Shown here one piece after another: positions 18,819 to 27,815 of a DNA stretch of 60,484 bases (position 1 is its first letter; every line of letters begins with the position of its first letter). Under the pieces are notes generated by a model. The model had not been told where the DNA came from. It saw only the letters and a list, made by a program, of their open reading frames with translations, and ran no database searches. Source of the DNA: an uncultured Bacteroidaceae bacterium. GTDB taxonomy: Bacteria; Bacillota; Clostridia; Christensenellales; CAG-917. Location of the stretch: the NCBI GenBank assembly GCA_964592815.1, contig CAZQGE010000002.1, positions 1 to 60,484 of the forward strand. The letters are read 5' to 3'. Made by a program: the position numbers and the translations under genes.

Positions 18819-19949
18819 ATGGCGTTTTTCAGTGGACTTAAAAAACAAATGTTAAAGGTTATCGAATGGACTGACAATTCAAGCGATACTATGGTTTACA
18901 AATTCCCCGTCAATGACAGGTATGAAATTATGAAGGGAAGCAAACTGGTTGTGCGTGAGTCACAAGCAGCAATTTTTGTTACTGAAGGTCAAATAGCTGA
19001 CGTATTTACGGCGGGTACTTGGAATTTGGATACTGGTAACTTGCCTATCATAACTAAACTTAGGTCTTGGAAATATGCTTTTGAAACTCCAATCAGAAGC
19101 GACGTATATTATGTAAATCTCAAACAATATAACAATATGAAGTGGGGCACGGCAAACCCAATTATGATGCGCGACAAAGATTTTGGTATGATAAGAGTAT
19201 CAGGTCACGGAGAGTATTCATTCCACGTATGCGACCCTGCAACTTTTATGAGAGAGTGCTTTGGAACAATGCATTCTTACGCCACCAACAACATTCAAGA
19301 ACACTTAAAGAGTATTGTAATTGCAGAACTTACGGATATGCTTGGCGAATGCGGAATTCCTGCGCTTGACCTTGCTGCAAATTACTTGGAACTTGGCGAC
19401 TCCACACGTGACCACGCGTCTAAGCGTTTCAAACGCTTGGGACTTGATATTGACCAGCTTTTGATAAGAAACCTCAAATTGCCAGAGGCAGTTGAAAAAG
19501 CAATGGACCAACGCACAGCTTTGGGCGTTTTTGGCGACAAAATGGGCGAATATGCACAATATGAGTCGGTTCAAGCTATGCGTGACGCTGCAAAAAACCC
19601 AGGAACTGGTGGTATGTTTGCTTCTGCTGGTATAGGTTTGGGTTTGGGCACAAAAGTTGGTGGACAATTTGCCCAAAACCTCGACAGCATAAATTCGGAT
19701 ACGCAAAAAACAAAATGTCCAAAATGTGGCGCAGTAATGAAAGAAAACGCAAAGTTTTGTCCCGAATGCGGTGAAAAGAACTTAGGAGTTGGCAAGATTC
19801 CTTGCCCAAAATGCGGAGCGGCAATTTCAGCAAAATCAAAATTCTGCCCAGAATGTGGTTCAGCTGTCGTTCAGGCTTGCCCCAAATGTGGACAACAAGT
19901 TAAGGCTGACGCAAAATTTTGCCCTCATTGTGGTTCAAAAATAAGATAA
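18819..19949 (+). CDS. SPFH/band-7 family protein of the YdjI / 'virion core protein-like' type (COG4260-like), with a triple zinc-ribbon C-terminal tail.
   Basis: N-terminus MAFFSGLKKQMLKVIEWTDNSSDTMVYKFPVNDRYEIMKGSKLVVRESQAAIFV is typical of this family. C-terminus has three CPKCG-x7/8-KFCP(E/H)CG units (about 19715-19946). Confidence 0.75.
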   Translation: MAFFSGLKKQMLKVIEWTDNSSDTMVYKFPVNDRYEIMKGSKLVVRESQAAIFVTEGQIADVFTAGTWNLDTGNLPIITKLRSWKYAFETPIRSDVYYVNLKQYNNMKWGTANPIMMRDKDFGMIRVSGHGEYSFHVCDPATFMRECFGTMHSYATNNIQEHLKSIVIAELTDMLGECGIPALDLAANYLELGDSTRDHASKRFKRLGLDIDQLLIRNLKLPEAVEKAMDQRTALGVFGDKMGEYAQYESVQAMRDAAKNPGTGGMFASAGIGLGLGTKVGGQFAQNLDSINSDTQKTKCPKCGAVMKENAKFCPECGEKNLGVGKIPCPKCGAAISAKSKFCPECGSAVVQACPKCGQQVKADAKFCPHCGSKIR

Positions 19950-19971
19950 GTCAAATATAATAGAGAGAAAT

Positions 19972-21033
19972 ATGAAATCAAATGACGCTTCGGTAGTAAA
20001 GTGCGACGCTTGTGGTGCGGATATGGTTTTTCAACCTGAAAAGCACCAATTAGTTTGCCCTTATTGCAATTCAGTTAAAAACATCGAAAAAACATTGCCA
20101 TCAAGACGTGATTTTATGTCAGAACGAAATATTGGCGACGTTGATGCCTCTGTGTCTGTTTATCATTGCCCGAACTGTGGCGGTGACATAGAACTTGACA
20201 ACTTTGCAACTGCTGACGCTTGTCCGTTTTGCGGTGCGACCAATATACAAAGGTTGGAAGATATGAAAGGGTTGAAACCCGACAGTATCTTGCCGTTTGA
20301 GTTATCTCAGGAAATGACGTTGAAAGCGGGAAAGAAGTGGTTGAAACGCAGAATTTTTGCGCCGTACCGCTTGAAAAAAGATTTTGTTGCTGACAAGTTC
20401 AAAGGCATTTACATACCAAGTTTTGCGTTTGACTCAAACACAAACTCAGTTTATGAGGGGCGTTTGGGCGAAAGACGTACACGAACAGTTGGAAGCGGTG
20501 ACAAAAAACGTGTTGAAACCTATATAGAGTGGTATAATGTCAACGGCTCAATGGCACAAGTGTTTGACGACGTTATTATTGAAGCTAGCACGCATATTGA
20601 ACAGAAGGAATTGAACAAACTTTTACCATACGACATTTCAAACGTTGAAAGCTATAAAAAGGAATACCTGGCAGGGTTTTGCGCAGAAAGATATAACGCG
20701 CCGTTGGATGAGTCCTATGAAATTGCAAAAGGACAAATGAACGACACCATAAGAAAGTTGATTCTGGAAAAATATAACGCTGACGTGGTAGAGTATCTTA
20801 ACGTGCGCACAGATTTTAGCAACATTAAATTTAATTACGTTATGTTGCCTCTTTGGGTGTGCGTATATAAATATAAAGAAAAATTGTATCGTTTTGTGAC
20901 AAACGGAAAAACTGGTAGATGCACAGGTACAACGCCTATTTCTCCTTTGAGGGTGACGCTTGCCGTCATTTTGGGACTTGGAATCGTTGCTCTGCTTGTG
21001 TGGCTGTTTGGTTTCAGCAATTTGATAAATTAG
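19972..21033 (+). CDS. Zinc-ribbon protein with a single C-terminal TM anchor; YdjG-like partner of the SPFH protein.
   Basis: CDACG..x..CPYCN and CPNCGG..x..CPFCGA ribbons at the N-terminus. C-terminal LRVTLAVILGLGIVALLVWLFGF hydrophobic helix. Starts 22 nt after the SPFH gene. Confidence 0.6.
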   Translation: MKSNDASVVKCDACGADMVFQPEKHQLVCPYCNSVKNIEKTLPSRRDFMSERNIGDVDASVSVYHCPNCGGDIELDNFATADACPFCGATNIQRLEDMKGLKPDSILPFELSQEMTLKAGKKWLKRRIFAPYRLKKDFVADKFKGIYIPSFAFDSNTNSVYEGRLGERRTRTVGSGDKKRVETYIEWYNVNGSMAQVFDDVIIEASTHIEQKELNKLLPYDISNVESYKKEYLAGFCAERYNAPLDESYEIAKGQMNDTIRKLILEKYNADVVEYLNVRTDFSNIKFNYVMLPLWVCVYKYKEKLYRFVTNGKTGRCTGTTPISPLRVTLAVILGLGIVALLVWLFGFSNLIN

Positions 21034-21045
21034 GAGGTAGTATTT

Positions 21046-21246
21046 ATGATAACAAGAGATATGTTGATAATCGATATTCTCAAACAAGGTGACGCCGACA
21101 AATTGGCGCAAGTTTTGCAAGATAGCGGTATGCATTGCTTACATTGCATTTTAGCTCACGGCGAAACTTTGGAAGAAGCGGCCGCCGTCCACAACATTGA
21201 CTGTGACGATTTGTTGAAAAAACTTAACGCCGTAATAGAAGGTTGA
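21046..21246 (+). CDS. DUF1858-like small protein (hybrid-cluster-protein-associated redox disulfide type).
   Basis: 66 aa with GMHCLHCILAHGETLEEAAAVHNID, i.e. a GMHC-x2-C motif. GGAGG RBS. Confidence 0.55.
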   Translation: MITRDMLIIDILKQGDADKLAQVLQDSGMHCLHCILAHGETLEEAAAVHNIDCDDLLKKLNAVIEG

Positions 21247-21247
21247 T

Positions 21248-21805
21248 ATGAACAATAATCTAAACGACATTGAAGCCATTTCAAAAAGGCTTTTTGAATT
21301 GCGTACTTTTTCAGATTATTCCGTCAGCCAAATGGCGGAAATGTTGGGAATTGAGCAAGTAGTTTATGAGTCTTATGAAAATGGCGAAAGTGAGATACCA
21401 ATCAATTTAATTTACAAATTTGCGTCCCTTTTGGATACTGAGCCGTCTTATATTTTAAGCGGAACTATGCCGTCTAAGGATGCTGTAAATGTCGTTTACG
21501 ACGGAAAAGGCGTATCTGTAAAAAGATATGAAGGTTATTCTTTCACGTCTTTGGCATCGGATTTCAAGAATAAGACAATGAGCCCAATGTTGGTTAACAT
21601 TGCCCCTACTGATAATCCTGAACTTGTTGTACACGGTGGACAAGAATTTAACTATGTTTTGGAAGGTGAACTTCGAGTTATCGTTGACAATAAGGATTAT
21701 TTTTTGAGGGCTGGCGACAGCATTTATTTTAATCCGAGTTTGCCACACGCTCAATTGGCTATGAACAACAAACCCGCAAAGTTTTTGACCATAATCAACG
21801 AATAG
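21248..21805 (+). CDS. XRE-family HTH transcriptional regulator with a C-terminal cupin domain.
   Basis: N-terminal HTH (LRTFSDYSVSQMAEMLGIEQVVYESYENGESEIP). C-terminal cupin (HGGQEFNYVLEGELRVIVDNKDYFLRAGDSIYFNPSLPH). Starts 1 nt after the previous stop. Confidence 0.8.
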   Translation: MNNNLNDIEAISKRLFELRTFSDYSVSQMAEMLGIEQVVYESYENGESEIPINLIYKFASLLDTEPSYILSGTMPSKDAVNVVYDGKGVSVKRYEGYSFTSLASDFKNKTMSPMLVNIAPTDNPELVVHGGQEFNYVLEGELRVIVDNKDYFLRAGDSIYFNPSLPHAQLAMNNKPAKFLTIINE

Positions 21806-21837
21806 CTGAAAATATTTTGGCTTATAAGAGCTTAATT

Positions 21838-21866
21838 AAGCGCGCTTATGCGCGCTTTTTGTTTTG
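21838..21866 (+). terminator. Rho-independent terminator of the SPFH-XRE operon.
   Basis: AAGCGCGC-ttat-GCGCGCTT followed by TTTGTTTTG. Confidence 0.8.
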
Positions 21867-22032
21867 CTTAAAATTTTTCGCTGAAATCACTTCTTGTTGT
21901 TAAAACTTTTTATGTCCAAAGAGCAGTTTCATTTCGCTATTACGGCATTTGCTTAGGAAATTCTATTAAGTGAAAATTATTGTTGCATAATTTTGTCCAC
22001 AATTTTGTCGCATAATTTTCTGAATTATTTTT

Positions 22033-22539
22033 TTACATAATTCTGCAAAGAGCACAAGCTATAACCATTCCTAAGAACGTCGCAAATAAAGAAACAGGAA
22101 TTGCATAGCGCAGTTTTTTAGCTTTGCAACCAGAAAAGTACACCGCTGATATATAAAATATTGTTTCAGTTGCCCCAGATATTACTGCCGCACACCTAGC
22201 AGGATAACTGTCAACTCCATATTGTTTTATTATGTCTTCCAAAAGTGCGATAACTCCGTTGCCTGACAATGGTACAAGAAAAACTAATTCTGTAATTTCG
22301 GACGGAATGCCCAACCAAGATAATGGAATTGAAAACCAACCCGAAACAATTTTTGATAAGCCACTTGCCTTAAACAATTCAATGCAAACAAATATTGCCG
22401 CGATATATGGAAAAATTGTTTTTACCAAAGATAAACTTTCTTTTGCTCCGTCCAAAAAACAGTCGTAAACTTTGACTTTTTTGATAAGACAATAAACTAT
22501 TAGAATTATGAGAATTGCGGGCAAGATATAGACTGTCAT
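22033..22539 (-). CDS. spmB: Spore maturation protein B (nucleoside-recognition-domain membrane protein).
   Basis: 168 aa polytopic protein. ATGA overlap with the upstream spmA-like gene. The sequence and its pairing are typical of SpmA/SpmB. Confidence 0.7.
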   Translation of the reverse strand: MTVYILPAILIILIVYCLIKKVKVYDCFLDGAKESLSLVKTIFPYIAAIFVCIELFKASGLSKIVSGWFSIPLSWLGIPSEITELVFLVPLSGNGVIALLEDIIKQYGVDSYPARCAAVISGATETIFYISAVYFSGCKAKKLRYAIPVSLFATFLGMVIACALCRIM

Positions 22540-23183
22540 TTACTTTTACCAATTATAGTTCGAGAATTATCATTTATTGTTTTGCTTTTTTTAGAATTAT
22601 ACTTTGTTTTAGTTTTTTGTTTTTCAATTAAGTTTTTACCACTAGAAAAAACTTTGCAGAGTATAACTCCTGCAAAAGTAGAAATAAATGTAGCTATTAA
22701 CGTAGGAAAAAATATCGAGGACGGATTTGCGCTTCCTGAGGTTGCGCGAAGCGCAATTACCGTTGCAGGCAAAATTTGAATTGACGTTGCGTTTATGACC
22801 AAAAGCAAAAGCATATTATCTGTGGCTTTTTCATCAATGCACATTGTATTCATTGCGTTTATTCCAGCAGGTGTGCTTGCTCCGCCCATTCCCAGCATAT
22901 TTGACGCTAAGTTTACGGAAATCCATTTGTACGCTTCATCGCTTTCGCCTTTGAACAACTTTCTTATAAGTGGTTTTAAGCCGTTGGAAAGTTTTATATC
23001 TAAACCGCTTGCTTGCATCATTTTCAGAACGGACAGCCAGACCGCATAGATTGCGGTTAGTTTCATAATAAGTAAAACTGCGTTTCTGACGCCCTCTATC
23101 ATTGTTGGAAATGCCAGCGACGGTGAAGTGATAATCAAAATGATAAGAGATATGAGCGATAAGGCGGTAAATGCAATATTCAT
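22536..23183 (-). CDS. spmA: Spore maturation protein A (nucleoside-recognition-domain membrane protein).
   Basis: 215 aa with ...ISVNLASNMLGMGGASTPAGINAMNTM... typical of SpmA. Unusual basic C-terminal tail (KQKTKTKYNSKKSKT...). Confidence 0.7.
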   Translation of the reverse strand: MNIAFTALSLISLIILIITSPSLAFPTMIEGVRNAVLLIMKLTAIYAVWLSVLKMMQASGLDIKLSNGLKPLIRKLFKGESDEAYKWISVNLASNMLGMGGASTPAGINAMNTMCIDEKATDNMLLLLVINATSIQILPATVIALRATSGSANPSSIFFPTLIATFISTFAGVILCKVFSSGKNLIEKQKTKTKYNSKKSKTINDNSRTIIGKSK

Positions 23184-23228
23184 AGAATATTGTACGATTG
23201 TAGTTAAAGAACTATGAGTGCGATTTTA

Positions 23229-23257
23229 TTTACAAAATGGAAGTTAGGTTGTATAAT
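23229..23257 (+). promoter_or_regulatory. Sigma-A-type promoter for metG.
   Basis: -35 TTTACA (23229-34), 17-nt spacer, -10 TATAAT (23252-57). The leader of about 35 nt is too short for a T-box. Confidence 0.55.
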
Positions 23258-23298
23258 AACTTAGATTATGTAAATCTTCCGAAAAGGAGAAGTCGGAT

Positions 23299-25242
23299 AT
23301 GGAAAAATATTATATTACAACAGCCATAGCTTATACGTCGGGCAAACCTCATATAGGAAATACTTATGAAATTGTTTTGACAGATTTGATTGCCCGTATG
23401 AAACGTAAACAAGGCTATGAAGTGTTTTTTCAAACAGGAACAGATGAACACGGTGAAAAGATTGAATTAAAAGCGCAGGACGCAGGTGTTTCTCCTAAAA
23501 AATTTGTTGATGACGTTTCAACTGAAATTAAATCTATTTGGGATTTGATGAATACGTCTTATGATAAGTTTATCAGAACAACTGACGCCGACCACGAAAA
23601 ACAAGTGCAAAAAATATTCAAAAAACTTTATGAACAAGGCGATATATATAAAGGCACTTACAAGGGTTGGTATTGCACTCCGTGCGAGTCGTTTTGGACT
23701 GAAAGCCAACTCGTTGACGGCAAATGCCCCGACTGTGGACGTGACGTTAAGTTGGCTGAGGAAGAAGCATATTTCTTCCGTATGAGCAAGTATGCTGACC
23801 GCTTGATGCAATATTACGACGAAAACCCCAACTTTATTGTTCCGCAATCACGCAAAAATGAAATGGTAAACAATTTCTTAAAGCCAGGTCTTCAAGACTT
23901 GTGTGTATCAAGAACTTCTTTCAAGTGGGGTATCCCTGTTGATTTTGACGATAGACACGTTGTTTACGTTTGGCTTGACGCATTGACCAACTATATTACG
24001 GGTGTAGGCTACGACGCAGAAGGAAATTCAACAGAACAATACAAAAAACTTTGGCCTGCTGATTTGCACGTAATAGGCAAGGATATTGTACGTTTTCACA
24101 GTATTTACTGGCCAATATTCCTTATGGCGTTGGGCGAACCGTTGCCAAAACAAATTTTTGGGCATCCTTGGCTTTTGCAAGACGGTGGAAAAATGTCAAA
24201 ATCAAAAGGCAACGTAATTTATGCTGACGATTTGGTTAAATTTTACGGTGTGGACGCAGTTAGATATTTCTTGCTTTCTCAAATGCCTTACGACAATGAC
24301 GGCGTAATAAACTGGGATTTGGTTACTGAAACAATAAACGGCGAACTTGCAAACGTATATGGTAACCTTGCAAACAGAACCGTTGCGATGATAAATAAAT
24401 ATTTTGGTGGAGTGTTGGAAAACACAAGTGTAAACGAACCCGTTGATGACGACTTAAAAGCTGTTGTTTGTGCCACAAAAAAGAAAGTTGTTGAGAAAAT
24501 GGACAGCTTTAAGGTTGCTGACGCTTTAAGCGAAATTTTTACCTTATTCAGACGCGCCAACAAATATATTGATGAAACAATGCCCTGGGTTCTTGCAAAA
24601 GATGAAAGCAAACAAGACAGACTTAAAACGGTGCTTTATAATTTGGCTGAAAGCATAGTAATTGGTTCAAGCATATTGCAACCGTTTATGCCGACAGCAA
24701 CAGATAAAATTATTGCTCAATTTGGTGTTGAACCAAGAGCCTATGAAAACTGGGACAAATTCGGGCTTATTGCAAACGGCACAAAAGTAGTTGAAACAGC
24801 AGAAATCGTTTTTGCGCGTTTGGACGCAAAAGCCATAAATGAAGAAGTTCAAAAATTGTATGAAGCAAGAAAACCAAAAGACGTCAAAACTGAAAAAGTA
24901 GAAAATGTGGTTGAAATTTCTGAAATTGGAATTGAAGATTTTGCCAAAGTACAGTTGAAAGTTGGACAAATTGTTACAGCTGAAAGAGTTGAAAAAGCAG
25001 ACAAATTATTGAAATTTTCTGTTCAAATTGGTGAAGAAACCCGCACAATAGTGAGTGGAATTGCCAAATATTACACTCCAGAAGAAATGGTTGGAAAGCA
25101 AGTTGTGGTAGTTTCAAACTTGAAGCCTGCAAAATTACGTGGAATTGAAAGCCAAGGTATGTTGCTTTGCGCAGTAGATGGCGACAATATTGTTTTGGTT
25201 TCTCCTGAAAAGAAAGTAAATTGCGGAGCGCAAGTTCGATAA
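23299..25242 (+). CDS. metG: Methionine--tRNA ligase with a C-terminal tRNA-binding (EMAP/Trbp111-like) domain.
   Basis: Class I signatures PHIGNTYE (HIGH) and GGKMSKSKGN (KMSKS). Zn knuckle CTPCESFW...CPDCG. C-terminus ...VVVVSNLKPAKLRGIESQGMLLCA. Confidence 0.95.
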   Translation: MEKYYITTAIAYTSGKPHIGNTYEIVLTDLIARMKRKQGYEVFFQTGTDEHGEKIELKAQDAGVSPKKFVDDVSTEIKSIWDLMNTSYDKFIRTTDADHEKQVQKIFKKLYEQGDIYKGTYKGWYCTPCESFWTESQLVDGKCPDCGRDVKLAEEEAYFFRMSKYADRLMQYYDENPNFIVPQSRKNEMVNNFLKPGLQDLCVSRTSFKWGIPVDFDDRHVVYVWLDALTNYITGVGYDAEGNSTEQYKKLWPADLHVIGKDIVRFHSIYWPIFLMALGEPLPKQIFGHPWLLQDGGKMSKSKGNVIYADDLVKFYGVDAVRYFLLSQMPYDNDGVINWDLVTETINGELANVYGNLANRTVAMINKYFGGVLENTSVNEPVDDDLKAVVCATKKKVVEKMDSFKVADALSEIFTLFRRANKYIDETMPWVLAKDESKQDRLKTVLYNLAESIVIGSSILQPFMPTATDKIIAQFGVEPRAYENWDKFGLIANGTKVVETAEIVFARLDAKAINEEVQKLYEARKPKDVKTEKVENVVEISEIGIEDFAKVQLKVGQIVTAERVEKADKLLKFSVQIGEETRTIVSGIAKYYTPEEMVGKQVVVVSNLKPAKLRGIESQGMLLCAVDGDNIVLVSPEKKVNCGAQVR

Positions 25243-26021
25243 TGCCTATTATTGACACACATACGCATTTGAACGATGAAAGGTTGAAGCCTATTGCCGA
25301 ACAAATTGTTTCAGATTTTGGAACTGACAATATTGCAGCGGTTGTAAATGTCGGATATGATTTTCAGTCTTCACTTTCTGCATATGAACAATCACAAAAA
25401 TACGATAGCGTATATTCTGCGGTTGGAATTCACCCGCACGACAGCAAAACTGCGGACGTCAAAATGTACGGTGAATTTGAAAAACTTGCAAAAAACCAAA
25501 AAGTTGTTGCAATAGGAGAAATAGGGCTTGATTATTTTTATGATTTGAGCGATAGACAAACGCAAAAGCGTGTGTTTAGGGAACAACTTGAACTTGCTGA
25601 CGCATTAAAATTGCCTGTTATTTTGCACGTGAGAGATGCCTATGAAGACGCAAGACGAATTCTCTTTGACGCAAAACGGTTTTTGAACAACGGAGTACAA
25701 CTCCATTGTTATTCGGGTTCAAGCGAGTTTGTAAAAATATTCGACCAACTTGATTGTTTTTACTCTTTTGGTGGAGCAATAACGTTCAAAAATGCAAAAC
25801 ATAATATAGAAGCTCTAAATAGCGTTCCCAAAGATAGGTTGCTTTTGGAAACTGACTGTCCGTATATGACACCCGTTCCTTTTAGGGGGCAAACAAACTA
25901 CCCAAAATTTATCAATCTTGTTGCGGATAAAATGCGTCTTGAATTAGGACTTGAAAAGGAAGAACTTGAATCAATTACGTCTTACAATGCAAAGACATTG
26001 TTTAAGAAAATAAATATTTAA
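25242..26021 (+). CDS. tatD: TatD-family metal-dependent hydrolase/DNase (YabD-like).
   Basis: MPIIDTHTHLNDE... start. The ATG overlaps the metG stop (TAATG). The ORF-track TTG start at 25221 is rejected in favour of this ATG. Confidence 0.88.
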   Translation: MPIIDTHTHLNDERLKPIAEQIVSDFGTDNIAAVVNVGYDFQSSLSAYEQSQKYDSVYSAVGIHPHDSKTADVKMYGEFEKLAKNQKVVAIGEIGLDYFYDLSDRQTQKRVFREQLELADALKLPVILHVRDAYEDARRILFDAKRFLNNGVQLHCYSGSSEFVKIFDQLDCFYSFGGAITFKNAKHNIEALNSVPKDRLLLETDCPYMTPVPFRGQTNYPKFINLVADKMRLELGLEKEELESITSYNAKTLFKKINI

Positions 26022-26061
26022 TAAATAGCGATAAACATTATCGCTGACAAATAGGAAGAAA

Positions 26062-26676
26062 ATGAACACATACGTTTACGAATTTGACGGAAATTTATAT
26101 CTTAATCTCACAAACAGATGCCCAAACAACTGCGAGTTTTGTTTGCGCCAGTTTAAGGACGGCGTGGCGGGAAGCGAGTTATGGCTTAAACGCGAACCAA
26201 CTTTGGACGACATTATTGAGGACATAAGTTTGTTCGATTTGAACAAATATTCGGAAGTGGTATTTTGTGGTTTTGGCGAACCAATGTGCAACTTATCTAT
26301 GATTTCACAAATTGGACCATACCTCAAAAACAAAGGCAAAAAACTTCGTATCAACACCAACGGTTTAGGAAATTTGATAAATAAAATGGATAATGTGCCA
26401 AAACTAATTAAAAGTTATATCGATTTTATTTCTATATCCCTTAATGCGTCAACGCCTGAGATGTATCAGGAAATTTGCAGAAGTCAATATGGCGAACAAG
26501 CGTTTTTTGAAATGTTGAAATTTGCAAAACAATGTGTTGATGAAGGAATAAATACAACGATGAGCGTTGTTGACTTTGTTGGTGAAGAAGAAATTGAGGC
26601 GTGTCGCAAAATTGTGGAGCAGACGGGGGCGCATTTTAGAGTGCGTAAAACTATTCACGCAGACGACAATTATTAA
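26062..26676 (+). CDS. Radical SAM protein of the TatD-associated type.
   Basis: CPNNCEFC (C-x3-C-x2-C) near the N-terminus. 204 aa. Lies immediately downstream of tatD. Confidence 0.72.
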   Translation: MNTYVYEFDGNLYLNLTNRCPNNCEFCLRQFKDGVAGSELWLKREPTLDDIIEDISLFDLNKYSEVVFCGFGEPMCNLSMISQIGPYLKNKGKKLRINTNGLGNLINKMDNVPKLIKSYIDFISISLNASTPEMYQEICRSQYGEQAFFEMLKFAKQCVDEGINTTMSVVDFVGEEEIEACRKIVEQTGAHFRVRKTIHADDNY

Positions 26677-26679
26677 AGC

Positions 26680-26719
26680 AATAAGGAGCAATTTGTTTAT
26701 TGCTCCTTATTTATCTTTT
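26680..26719 (+). terminator. Rho-independent terminator.
   Basis: Perfect 13-bp stem AATAAGGAGCAAT-ttgttt-ATTGCTCCTTATT, then TATCTTTT. Confidence 0.75.
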
Positions 26720-26822
26720 GTACTTTGGATATTTGTTGTTTTTATCTTCGGTACGTTGTTAATATCCGCAGTATAGGCTAATATATACACGGAAAAATAA
26801 AAAAATAAAAGGAAAAATTTGG

Positions 26823-27641
26823 ATGAACGTAAGTGATGTCTTAAAAGCTCAAGGATTTAAGTTTAACAAGGCTCTTGGTCAAAACTTTATTACGGACGGT
26901 AATTTGCTTAGTGCCATTGTCAGCGACGGCGGAATAACCAAAGACGACGTTGTGGTAGAAATTGGTACGGGCGCGGGTACGCTTACGCGAGCTATTGCTA
27001 ACTGCGCCAAAAAAGTTTTCTCATTTGAAGTTGACCAAAACTTAAAAGACATTCTGTCGTTGACATTGCAAGGGGTTGACAATGCAGAAGTAATTTTTAA
27101 GGACGTATTAAAGTTAAGCGACCAAGAATTTCTGCAAATTGTAAGCGAACCGTTTAAGGTTGTTGCAAACTTGCCTTATTATATTACAACGCCGTTGCTT
27201 ATGCGCTTTTTAGAAAGCGACTTAAATGTACAATCGTTGACTTTGACAGTTCAAAAAGAGGTTGCCGACAGATTTGTTGCAAAATCGAATACGGCAGACT
27301 ATTCGGCAGTTACGCTTGCTATCGATATGAGAGGTAGCGCAACAATGACAAGAAAAATATCAAAGCAAATGTTTTTCCCTGTGCCGAAAGTTGACAGCGC
27401 GGTTGTAAGAGTTGACATTGACAGACACAAACTTGACGGCGAAAATTTTAATCTTATACACAAACTTGTGCGCTCGGCATTTGGAATGAGAAGAAAAACT
27501 TTGGTAAATAATTTGAGTAATGCTTTTGGAATTTCAAAAGACGAACTTACAAAAAAACTTGAAATGGCGCAGTTGTCGCCGCTTATAAGAGGAGAGGCGT
27601 TGAGTCTTGATGATTTTATAAGGTTATCGCATCAATTTTAA
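26823..27641 (+). CDS. rsmA: 16S rRNA (adenine1518/1519-N6)-dimethyltransferase.
   Basis: KALGQNFITDGNLL motif. SAM-binding VVEIGTGAGTLT. 272 aa. The metG-tatD-...-ksgA neighbourhood matches that of Bacillus. Confidence 0.92.
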   Translation: MNVSDVLKAQGFKFNKALGQNFITDGNLLSAIVSDGGITKDDVVVEIGTGAGTLTRAIANCAKKVFSFEVDQNLKDILSLTLQGVDNAEVIFKDVLKLSDQEFLQIVSEPFKVVANLPYYITTPLLMRFLESDLNVQSLTLTVQKEVADRFVAKSNTADYSAVTLAIDMRGSATMTRKISKQMFFPVPKVDSAVVRVDIDRHKLDGENFNLIHKLVRSAFGMRRKTLVNNLSNAFGISKDELTKKLEMAQLSPLIRGEALSLDDFIRLSHQF

Positions 27642-27683
27642 GAGTACACAACTAAAAAACTTTAGTAATTCTTTTACTAATTA

Positions 27684-27716
27684 AAAAAACAAGGTCGATT
27701 TTTCGGCTTTTTTTAT
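27684..27716 (+). terminator. Weak terminator-like hairpin after rsmA.
   Basis: AAGGTCGA-tttt-TCGGCTT (with G-U pairs) followed by TTTTT. Confidence 0.35.
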
Positions 27717-27815
27717 GCGCTTGATTGCTAGCGTATTTTTTTGTCAAAATTTTGACGTAATCAAAAATAGGTATATTATTTTTTTCTACTTCATATCGTT
27801 TAAGGCGAGGTTAAT

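Noticed and set aside
20638-21135. 165-aa minus-strand ORF overlapping the YdjG-like gene and the DUF1858 gene.
   Set aside because: It is antisense to two well-supported, RBS-preceded genes in a tight operon, and it has no motif.
21960-22032. Short direct repeats (ATAATTTTGTC / AATTTTGTC / ATAATTTTCT) downstream of spmB.
   Set aside because: They are very short, AT-rich and imperfect, lie in a 3' untranslated region, and have no supporting context.
23184-23298. Possible T-box or riboswitch leader upstream of metG.
   Set aside because: The whole intergenic region is 115 bp. The predicted leader is about 35 nt, far too short for a T-box or SAM riboswitch, and no terminator/antiterminator pair is present.
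26567-26776. 69-aa plus-strand ORF overlapping the 3' end of the radical SAM gene.
   Set aside because: It runs through the 13-bp-stem terminator, has no RBS, and is out of frame with a supported gene.
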